The translations under genes and the position numbers were made by a program. A stretch of DNA of 62,821 nucleotides, filler included, from an uncultured bacterium (GTDB taxonomy: Bacteria > DYJV01), in the NCBI GenBank assembly GCA_964543655.1. It is 4 parts of 4 records of this genome, joined end to end, with 100 filler letters (N's around TTAATTAATTAA, not from the genome) between each part and the next. Parts side by side here need not be neighbours in the genome. Positions count along the whole stretch, not along the records: positions 16,957 to 43,557 come from CAZIZE010000018.1; 3 more parts are not named here. One strand, 5' to 3'. A model generated the notes under the pieces. It was not told where the DNA came from, did no database searches, and worked only from the letters and a program-made list of their open reading frames with translations. Positions 21,892 through 29,660 of this stretch are shown here, piece by piece (position 1 is the first letter of the stretch; each line of letters begins with the position of its first letter).

Positions 21892-23210
21892 TGGAATGTA
21901 AAATAATTAATAAAATTAATGAGCTTCCACTTGCCAAAAGATTTTTTATAATTTCAGTAGTTATCCTTCTAATAATTTTGTTGTTTATTAATGTGATTAT
22001 TTTGAATAATTTTAAAAAAGTCTTTATAGAAAGAGAAAAAAATTTGTTCAAACAGTGGATAGAAACTTCTATAAAGGAGCATTTGAGGTTTTTTGTATAT
22101 AAAAAAGAGTGGAATAAAAATATAGATTTTTCACCACTTGTTAATGAAATAAAAAAACTTCCTGATATAATAAATATTACAATTTACTCACCTAATGGTG
22201 ATATTTTATTTACCCTTGATAAACGTGTGAAAAAATTAAAATGCATATTTTCAGATTCTATAAAAGAAGCAAGTAAAGGTAAATATTATGGAAAATTTTT
22301 TGCAATTAAAAGTAGAAGTGGCAACAGAAGTGTTCAAGCCTTTTTTTATCCATTTATATTTCAGGGAAAATTGAATGGCATTATTCAGGTATGCAAAAAC
22401 CCTTCAAACCTTTTAAAGCAGATAGATTTTCTGAGGATAATAGTGCTTGCAATTTCATTTTTTGGTTTTTTATTCTATATAATTATTGTTTACTTTGTAA
22501 TTACAAAGATAGAGAAAAGAGAGCAGAGGTTACAGGAAGAGATTCAGCAGTATCAGAGATTATCATGTTTAGGGCATTTTTCAGCAAAGATGTCTCATGA
22601 ACTTGGTACACCTCTGCATGTTATTCAGGGAAATGTTGAGCTTATTGGAGATATTGTTGATGATAGCTTTGTTAAAGATAGAATAATTGCAGTTAACAGA
22701 CAGATTCATAAAATAAACAATATTATAAAAAATTATCTCTATCTTGCTAAAAATCCTGTACCTGAGTATAATTTTTTCTTTATAAAAGAGTTTTTGTCAA
22801 CATTAATTAACAATTTTTCCTTTATTGTTCCGGATAATATAAAGATAATAATGGAAATTGAGGATTTCACTGTTTATTCAGACAAAGATTTCATAGAGCA
22901 GATTTTGTATAATTTTGTTAAAAATTCAGTTGATAGCATAGGAGAAAAAGAGGGGATTATAAAAATAAGAAGCTATCAGAAGGATAAATATATTCATATT
23001 GAAATTATAGATAATGGAAGAGGTTTTTCTGAGGAGGTTAAAAATAAACTTTTTGACCCATTTTTTACAACCAAGAAAACAGGAAAAGGCACTGGATTGG
23101 GACTTTCTGTGTGTAAAGACTTAATAGAGGCTCTGCATGGAGAAATTTATTGTGAATCTAAGAATGGCTGGACAACTTTTGGTATAAAAGTTCCTTATGA
23201 GAGGAGATAA
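21891..23210 (+). CDS. Membrane sensor histidine kinase
   Basis: Two TM helices flanking a periplasmic domain, SHELGTPL H-box, DNGRG, FDPFFTTK, GTGLGL. Confidence 0.94.
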   Translation: MECKIINKINELPLAKRFFIISVVILLIILLFINVIILNNFKKVFIEREKNLFKQWIETSIKEHLRFFVYKKEWNKNIDFSPLVNEIKKLPDIINITIYSPNGDILFTLDKRVKKLKCIFSDSIKEASKGKYYGKFFAIKSRSGNRSVQAFFYPFIFQGKLNGIIQVCKNPSNLLKQIDFLRIIVLAISFFGFLFYIIIVYFVITKIEKREQRLQEEIQQYQRLSCLGHFSAKMSHELGTPLHVIQGNVELIGDIVDDSFVKDRIIAVNRQIHKINNIIKNYLYLAKNPVPEYNFFFIKEFLSTLINNFSFIVPDNIKIIMEIEDFTVYSDKDFIEQILYNFVKNSVDSIGEKEGIIKIRSYQKDKYIHIEIIDNGRGFSEEVKNKLFDPFFTTKKTGKGTGLGLSVCKDLIEALHGEIYCESKNGWTTFGIKVPYERR

Positions 23211-24511
23211 TGCTAAAGATACTTATTGTTGATGATGATAAAAACTCAAGGGATATTTTAAAACTTTCACTTGAAAAAATTTACAATGTGGAAGTTGCTG
23301 TTAATGGTGTACAGGCACTTGAGAAAATCAGCGAAAATGAGTATGATGTTGTAGTATGCGATTTAATTATGGATGATATTGATGGTTTTGATGTACTTGA
23401 TAAGATTAAAGAATTAAAGAAGGATATCTACTTTATTTTAATCACAGCTTATGGCACTGGAGATATTGCAGTAAAGTCAATACAGAAAGGTGCTTTTGAG
23501 TATCTGAGCAAACCATTTAAAATTTCTACTTTAAAAAATATTCTAAAAAAACTTGAAAATAGATTATCCATTCAAAGCTCAACAGAAAAACATTATGAAG
23601 ATGATGAATCAGGTTTTATTGCAAGGTCACCTGTCTTTCTTGAAACATTAAAACAGATGGCAAGAGTTGCTGTTACAGATGTTCCTGTATTAATAACTGG
23701 TGAAAGTGGTACAGGGAAAGAAGTTATTGCCAAAAATATCCATCTATACAGTACAAGGAAAAATTTCCCTTTTGTTGCTGTTAATTGCTCTGCAATTCCG
23801 CCAACCTTGCTTGAATCTGAGCTGTTTGGTTATGAAAAGGGTGCTTTTACAGGTGCAACCAACAGTAAGCCAGGATATTTTGAGCAGGCAAATAAGGGAA
23901 GTTTATTTCTTGATGAAATTGGTGAATTAAATATAGATTTGCAGGTTAAGCTATTGAGAGTCTTGCAGGAGTGTAAAATAAGAAGATTAGGTGGTAAAAA
24001 AGATATTAATCTTGATATCAGATTTATCTTTGCTACAAATGCTGATTTGAAACAGCTTGTTGCAGATGGCAAATTTAGAGCAGATCTCTTTTATAGATTA
24101 AAAGTTGCTGAAATAAAGATTCCACCTTTAAGAAATAGGAAGGAAGATATTTTACCACTTGCATACCATTTTTTAAGAAAATACACTCCAAAAGAATCAA
24201 TGAAAAACTTTTTCCTATCTAAAGAAGCAGAGAAGATTTTATTAAATTACTCATACCCTGGTAATGTTAGAGAACTTGAAAATATAATTAGATCAGCTGT
24301 TGTAATAGCAAAGGATACAGGGGTAATAATGCCTGATGATCTAAGTATTGATAAAGGAGCAAGAGAAAAAACAATTTCAGCTGAAGATATATCAGAGGCA
24401 TTAAAAAAAGTAAATGGCAATAAAACAAAGGCAGCGCAACTGTTAAATATTGGTAGAGCCACATTGTATAGACTAATGGATAAGTATAAGATAATTTCTA
24501 AAAATGAATAG
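23210..24511 (+). CDS. NtrC-family sigma54-dependent response regulator
   Basis: Receiver (VDDD, VVCD, SKPF), GESGTGKE, GAFTGA, YPGNVREL, HTH. Confidence 0.95.
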   Translation: MLKILIVDDDKNSRDILKLSLEKIYNVEVAVNGVQALEKISENEYDVVVCDLIMDDIDGFDVLDKIKELKKDIYFILITAYGTGDIAVKSIQKGAFEYLSKPFKISTLKNILKKLENRLSIQSSTEKHYEDDESGFIARSPVFLETLKQMARVAVTDVPVLITGESGTGKEVIAKNIHLYSTRKNFPFVAVNCSAIPPTLLESELFGYEKGAFTGATNSKPGYFEQANKGSLFLDEIGELNIDLQVKLLRVLQECKIRRLGGKKDINLDIRFIFATNADLKQLVADGKFRADLFYRLKVAEIKIPPLRNRKEDILPLAYHFLRKYTPKESMKNFFLSKEAEKILLNYSYPGNVRELENIIRSAVVIAKDTGVIMPDDLSIDKGAREKTISAEDISEALKKVNGNKTKAAQLLNIGRATLYRLMDKYKIISKNE

Positions 24512-24571
24512 TGTCTCACAGTGTCTCATAGATTGTTTGATATTGTCTCATAAAAGCATCATTTTGTCTCA
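24512..24571 (+). repeat. Four phased TGTCTCA direct repeats (candidate activator sites)
   Basis: TGTCTCA at 24512, 24522, 24544, 24565 (spacings 10, 22, 21). Confidence 0.7.
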
Positions 24572-24616
24572 CTGATGTACTGTGTGAAATTTATAACTTT
24601 TAAAGGATGCAAGGCA

Positions 24617-24632
24617 TGGCACAAAAATTGCT
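24617..24632 (+). promoter_or_regulatory. sigma54 promoter TGGCACAAAAATTGCT
   Basis: Near-perfect TGGCAC-N5-TTGCW consensus. Confidence 0.88.
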
Positions 24633-24702
24633 TAAAAAATTACAATCTCTCTACCCTTATTTCATATATAAGGACTGGCAAAGGAGGGGAGATTCTTCTC
24701 CT

Positions 24703-26094
24703 TTGCTGAAAATTTTTTCTATTATTCTTTTTTTCACCTTTTTTACTCTAACTAACCTTTTTGCTTTAACATATTCACACAAATTTATTAATTTGAAAAA
24801 ATGCTCATTGTGTCATCCAAAAAAAAATTATAATAAAATAATTCCCACAAAAGCCAATTGTACCACAGGAATTTGCCATGAAGGAATAACCAAGGATAAA
24901 TATGTTCATGGACCTGTAGGTATGAAGCACTGTTTATATTGCCATAAGCCTCATGATTCAAAATATAAAAAATTATTAAATTTAAAAGATTCAAAATTAT
25001 GCTATTTCTGCCATAGAGAGAAAAAGAAAGAATTTACCAGAAAATTTGTTCATGCACCTGTTAAAGAGGGGAAATGTACTAACTGCCACGACCCACATGA
25101 GTCAAATCTTAAATATCAACTAAAAGCTAAGTCCATGCAAAATTTTTGTTTTAAATGCCACAATAAAAAGAAATTTACTGGCAAAAAATATGTGCATGGT
25201 CCCGTAGGTGTTGGCAAATGTATAGACTGTCATGACCCTCATGCAAGTAATAAAGAATTTCTTTTAAAAGAGAATAATAAAGCAAAAATTTTGTGCTTTA
25301 AATGCCATGATAAAAATAGAATAATTGGTGCAAAATATGTTCATGGGCCAGTTGGAGGAGGATTGTGTTACAAATGCCACGACCCTCATTGTTCTAACAA
25401 TAAGAAATTATTAAAAAAAACAATACTTGAGGGAAATTTATGTTTTGAGTGTCATAACAAATATAAAATCATTGACTCCAAATATGTTCATGGTCCTGTA
25501 GGTGCTGGATTATGTTTGTCATGTCATAAAATTCATTCGTCAAATTATAATTTTCTGCTTAGAGACTCCAAGAATGGAGGAAAATTATGTTTTAATTGTC
25601 ATAAAGATGCAAAAATAAAATTTAACAAAAGATATATTCATAAACCAGTGAAAAAAGATTGTACAAATTGCCATGATGCGCATAGCTCTCCATTTAAATT
25701 TCAATTAATAGGTAATCCTAAAATAGATGTTTGCCTGAAATGCCACAAAAAAATTAAAGCTATTTTAGACAAATGTGGTAATAGAAACACACATCCAATA
25801 ATAGATGAGCGAGGATGTAAAGCATGCCATAATCCCCACGCTTCCAATTATAAATATCAACTTTTTAACAATATTAATAAACTTTGCAAACATTGTCATC
25901 CCAAATTCAAGTTTATTAAAAGAAATCATCCAGTAGAAAGGCATCCAGTAAAAGGTGGAAGGAATCCTTTAAACAGAAAAGAGAAATTTAGTTGCGCAAG
26001 CTGCCACAATCCTCATGGTAGCAAATACAAATTTTTATTAATTGGAACTTTAAATAACTTTGAGATTTGCAGAAAATGCCATGTAAATTATTGA
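24703..26094 (+). CDS. Exported 18-heme cytochrome c; start probably TTG 24703
   Basis: 17 CXXCH plus CTTGICH; internal KYVHGPVG repeats; track start 24607 is upstream of the sigma54 promoter whereas 24703 yields a clean signal peptide. Confidence 0.9.
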   Translation: MLKIFSIILFFTFFTLTNLFALTYSHKFINLKKCSLCHPKKNYNKIIPTKANCTTGICHEGITKDKYVHGPVGMKHCLYCHKPHDSKYKKLLNLKDSKLCYFCHREKKKEFTRKFVHAPVKEGKCTNCHDPHESNLKYQLKAKSMQNFCFKCHNKKKFTGKKYVHGPVGVGKCIDCHDPHASNKEFLLKENNKAKILCFKCHDKNRIIGAKYVHGPVGGGLCYKCHDPHCSNNKKLLKKTILEGNLCFECHNKYKIIDSKYVHGPVGAGLCLSCHKIHSSNYNFLLRDSKNGGKLCFNCHKDAKIKFNKRYIHKPVKKDCTNCHDAHSSPFKFQLIGNPKIDVCLKCHKKIKAILDKCGNRNTHPIIDERGCKACHNPHASNYKYQLFNNINKLCKHCHPKFKFIKRNHPVERHPVKGGRNPLNRKEKFSCASCHNPHGSKYKFLLIGTLNNFEICRKCHVNY

Positions 26095-27035
26095 GATTTT
26101 TTATAAATTTTAAAAACCTGCACACGAGAATTAAACATATCTGCAATATAGATATAACCACTGTTATCAACTGTTATACTTGTGGGATAATTAAAATATC
26201 CTGGAAATGTTCCATAATTACCAAATTCAAATAGAAATTTCCCATTTTTATAATTTAGAACTTGAACAATCTGTCTCATATAATCAACAATAAATATTAA
26301 TTGCCTTTTATTATCCACAGCAACTCCTCTTGGTCTACTCAATTTAGATTGAGTTCCCCCTTTTTGAGCTGCTTTATAAAGCAAAGTCCCATATTCAGAA
26401 AAAACATAAAGTTTTCCTAATTTTTCACTTAAAGCAAATATTTTTTGATATTTATCAATAGTTATTGCTGAAAATGTTACATCAACTAATTCACCTTCTT
26501 TTGAAAAAGAATCTTTTATCTGAATTGATTTTATAAAATTACCAATATTATTAAAAATTAAAATTTTATTTATTCCTGCTCCAACAACAAAAATCCATCC
26601 CTTTTTATTAATTGCCATATCTTTTGGAGAGAAATCATTATCACCCTCAAATCCCTTTAAATTAAATTCTCTTATTTTTTTCCAGGCAGGAGAGAATACA
26701 GCAATTTTTGAATATCCACTTATTGCTTTCTGTTCACAAACGTAGATATTATCATTATAAAAACCTATTGCCACAGGTTTTTCAACTCCTCTACCTACTC
26801 CAACAGAGAAAAATGGGAAAAAATTTTTATTAAATAAAATTATCCTTCCCTTTGGTCCATCAATCAGTAAAACTCTTTCAGAAAAAGGATTAAATTTAAT
26901 ATATGTAGGCATTGCAAGCTTTTTTCCAATATCATCTTTATCTATGATTTTAACAAACTTTACACTATAATTTTGGGCAAAAACCTGGAAAAAAAGGGAG
27001 AATGAGAAAAAGATTGTAAAAAAAATTTTAATCAT
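26088..27035 (-). CDS. Exported NHL-repeat beta-propeller protein
   Basis: Signal peptide; LSRPRGVAVD, FNYPTSITVD...IYIADMFNSRVQVF. Confidence 0.9.
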   Translation of the reverse strand: MIKIFFTIFFSFSLFFQVFAQNYSVKFVKIIDKDDIGKKLAMPTYIKFNPFSERVLLIDGPKGRIILFNKNFFPFFSVGVGRGVEKPVAIGFYNDNIYVCEQKAISGYSKIAVFSPAWKKIREFNLKGFEGDNDFSPKDMAINKKGWIFVVGAGINKILIFNNIGNFIKSIQIKDSFSKEGELVDVTFSAITIDKYQKIFALSEKLGKLYVFSEYGTLLYKAAQKGGTQSKLSRPRGVAVDNKRQLIFIVDYMRQIVQVLNYKNGKFLFEFGNYGTFPGYFNYPTSITVDNSGYIYIADMFNSRVQVFKIYKKSQ

Positions 27036-28116
27036 CTTTTGTTGTATGGCAAATAAAGCAACCGCACTGAGAATTTTTAGAACCAGCCTGACACTGGGAG
27101 TAATCCCACCTCATCATGTCATCATATGGTGACCCATGTGCTCTATGGCATGATAAACACATAACCTGGTCTTTACCTAAGGTAACACTTGAAGATGAAG
27201 ATGTCAAGCCTGTAATTATGGAAGGATCCCTTGCCACAGGTGCAATATTACTAAACTGACCAGTTGTTGTTCCATCTTGTGTATTATAAAGCCTGTACTC
27301 GCCACTGTTGGGAATAGCAACATTTGTTGGGTGTCTTAACCAGGGAGAGGCTCCATTGTTATTTACTGATTGTTTTTTGCCATGAAAATAACCATGACAT
27401 CCAGCACAGAAATGGCTAATTGAATTATCAGCCTCACCATCAGCACTTGCACTTCCCATGTATTCATTATGGTCAGAGCTACTTTTTGTTAATTCCCAAT
27501 CATTATCTTCAATCCCTTTGACACCAGTTTTTGGGTCTGGATGATTTGGAGAAATTAGAAATCTATACCACCCATTATTTTCACTAACAAAAGGTTGAGA
27601 GTCATCAGCATGGTGAGCTGGCTTATGACAGCTTTTACATGAAGAAATCTTTGAATGGCAAGAATTGCAATCTCCATGTGCTCCCTGAGGATAGAGCCCA
27701 CCACCTGTATGGGAACCGTGGCAAACATTACAATTTACAGGATCACCAGAGCCATGCCAGCCTGGAGCTTTATCAAGGTTTTCATCTTCATTCATCCCAG
27801 GAATTGATAGGCAATTATGGCCTTTTTTACTATCATTTAAAACCCAGTAAAAATTGCCACCAGCAAGAGTATTTACTCCATAAGAAGGAGCAGAAGTATC
27901 AAGCACATATGGAGTTTTTTCTCCAATAAAATTTGTGCCAGTATGGCATGACACACAGCTTTTTTTTAATAGATATTCTTGTGAATTAGCTATTATTACA
28001 CTGTTATTTTGAGAATTGTGCATTGTATGACAATCAGAGCATGGTCCTGTAACCTTTGTAAAAGAAGTGCTGCAGAAAAGTATTGAAAGTATTATTACCA
28101 GCACAACTCTTTTCAT
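27028..28116 (-). CDS. OmcS-like cytochrome, octaheme variant
   Basis: Signal peptide; CSDCHTMHNS, GGNFYWV, GHN, WLRHP, CLSCHRAH landmarks; 8 CXXCH. Confidence 0.85.
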   Translation of the reverse strand: MKRVVLVIILSILFCSTSFTKVTGPCSDCHTMHNSQNNSVIIANSQEYLLKKSCVSCHTGTNFIGEKTPYVLDTSAPSYGVNTLAGGNFYWVLNDSKKGHNCLSIPGMNEDENLDKAPGWHGSGDPVNCNVCHGSHTGGGLYPQGAHGDCNSCHSKISSCKSCHKPAHHADDSQPFVSENNGWYRFLISPNHPDPKTGVKGIEDNDWELTKSSSDHNEYMGSASADGEADNSISHFCAGCHGYFHGKKQSVNNNGASPWLRHPTNVAIPNSGEYRLYNTQDGTTTGQFSNIAPVARDPSIITGLTSSSSSVTLGKDQVMCLSCHRAHGSPYDDMMRWDYSQCQAGSKNSQCGCFICHTTKDD

Positions 28117-28143
28117 GGCTAATCCTTTTATGATGATTTTAAG

Positions 28144-28174
28144 AAAAAAGGAGGAGAAAATCTCCTCCTTTTTT
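28144..28174 (-). terminator. Intrinsic terminator/stem-loop between the first and second OmcS-like genes
   Basis: AAAAAAGGAGGAGA-AAA-TCTCCTCCTTTTTT perfect 14-bp inverted repeat 27 nt after stop 28202. Confidence 0.88.
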
Positions 28175-28201
28175 GAGATTTTCTTATTGCAGAAATTTCA
28201 A

Positions 28202-29284
28202 TTATTTACTTGTATGACATGCAAAACAACCACAGTTACCATTAGCACTTCCTGCTGTACATTGAGAATAATCCCATCTCAACAGGTCAGCTTGATTAGA
28301 ACCGTGTGCTCTATGACAAGATATACAGAGCACAATTGCATCACCAGAAGCTGATAAAACAGTAGATTTCACAGAGCCATCACTTGTTCCAACTGGTACA
28401 TCTGGAAAATAATCACCATTACTTGATACACTATTGAAAAGAGTAGCATTTGGATAGCTTCCATACTCTTTAGTTTTTACATTGTTCATATCAAAATCTG
28501 TTGGGTGTCTGAGCCATGGAGAACCACTTGTTGAATCATCAACAGAGGAATGTTTATGAAAATTTCCATGACATTCAGCACAGAGATAATTTATAGATGC
28601 AGAATCTATTGTTCCTGATGTTTGATAATCACTTGCATAGTAACCATTGTGGTCAGAAGAGCTTGCTGTGTATTCCCAATCAGCATCTTCTGTACCTTTG
28701 ATACCAAGGAGAAATCTAAAACTTTTACCAACTGTGCTACCATCAATAGTAGTATCATCAGTATGGTGCGCACCGGAGATTGCTGCATAATTGTCTGTTT
28801 TATTGTGATCGCCGTGGCATCCATAAGTACCTGCACATGTTAGCTGATTTGAGCTCCAACTTGTCCCCACAGCACCATTTGCTGTATAATCTGTTGAATT
28901 AAAACCAGGAGGGGTTTGGCCAATTGTTGCATCAGCACTTGCTATTCCCACAACATTGTGACCATCAGCATCAGCACCATTTTTTACCCAGTAAAAATTA
29001 CCACCAGCAAGAGTATTTTTTGTACCATCAAAATTGTAAGTTGGAGCTGAAGTATCAAGTACATAAGGAATTTTATTACTACCATTGTTAGTTCCAGTAT
29101 GGCACCCTACACAGTTTCCTTTGGTAAGAGCACTGTATGGACCACCACTTACAACAGCACTTCCACCTTGAGAATTGTGCATTGTATGGCAGTCAGAACA
29201 TGGGCCAGTTGCTTTTGCATGCAGATTTGGAGAAACCCCTACAATTAACCCTAATGCAATTAAAAGTAATATTATTTTTCTCAT
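28202..29284 (-). CDS. OmcS-like hexaheme cytochrome (likely major subunit)
   Basis: Signal peptide; 5 CXXCH plus CAGTYGCH; CHTMHNS, GGNFYWV, GHN, QLTC, WLRHP, CISCHRAH in OmcS order; SD AAAGGAGG. Confidence 0.88.
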   Translation of the reverse strand: MRKIILLLIALGLIVGVSPNLHAKATGPCSDCHTMHNSQGGSAVVSGGPYSALTKGNCVGCHTGTNNGSNKIPYVLDTSAPTYNFDGTKNTLAGGNFYWVKNGADADGHNVVGIASADATIGQTPPGFNSTDYTANGAVGTSWSSNQLTCAGTYGCHGDHNKTDNYAAISGAHHTDDTTIDGSTVGKSFRFLLGIKGTEDADWEYTASSSDHNGYYASDYQTSGTIDSASINYLCAECHGNFHKHSSVDDSTSGSPWLRHPTDFDMNNVKTKEYGSYPNATLFNSVSSNGDYFPDVPVGTSDGSVKSTVLSASGDAIVLCISCHRAHGSNQADLLRWDYSQCTAGSANGNCGCFACHTSK

Positions 29285-29339
29285 TTTATCCTCCTTTCTA
29301 TTTTAAGATTTTGTGAATAAATTATCTTAATTAAAATAT

Positions 29340-29355
29340 TGCAATAACCATGCCT
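29340..29355 (-). promoter_or_regulatory. sigma54 promoter AGGCATGGTTATTGCA for the OmcS-like operon
   Basis: GG-N10-GC with TTGCA, 55 nt upstream of ATG. Confidence 0.8.
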
Positions 29356-29461
29356 AAATTAAATTTTTCACTAATTCATTACTTCACAGTAATGGTTGAT
29401 ATATTTCTCAATTAATTTTAGTATAAATCAAAATGGATTATGAAAATAGAGGAGTTATAAG

Positions 29462-29566
29462 ACAAGGTTACACTTCAACGTTCAACGTTCATTGTTCAAC
29501 GTTAAAAGATACTTTAATAACAACAATTTAATAATATTATAGATGTTATTTCAAGTAGAAAATTGT
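29462..29566 (+). repeat. Dispersed intergenic repeat, copy B
   Basis: ACAAGGTTAC, heptamer array (GTTCAAC/GTTCATT), ends ATGTTATTTCAAGTAGAAAATTGT. Confidence 0.8.
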
Positions 29567-29631
29567 TTGAGGTTTGGGAGTTCACATTTAAGTAAGAGAA
29601 TAGAGATTGTTCTGATAACTTTATACCCTGA

Positions 29632-29647
29632 TGGAACATTTGTTGCA
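29632..29647 (+). promoter_or_regulatory. sigma54 promoter TGGAACATTTGTTGCA for the assembly operon
   Basis: GG-N10-GC with TTGCA; predicted +1 only about 3 nt before ATG 29661. Confidence 0.7.
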
Positions 29648-29660
29648 TGCGTGAGAAAAT

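Noticed and set aside
24607-24702. 32-aa N-terminal extension of the 18-heme cytochrome in the ORF track
   Set aside because: Overlaps the sigma54 promoter and precedes the signal peptide
29285-29340. GEMM-I (c-di-GMP/cGAMP) riboswitch upstream of the OmcS-like gene, as known for Geobacter omcS
   Set aside because: Leader is only about 45 nt and AT-rich, with just a weak TTAAGAT/ATCTTAA stem and no GEMM motifs
29474-29503. CRISPR array from GTTCAAC repeats
   Set aside because: Tandem heptamers with no spacers and no cas genes
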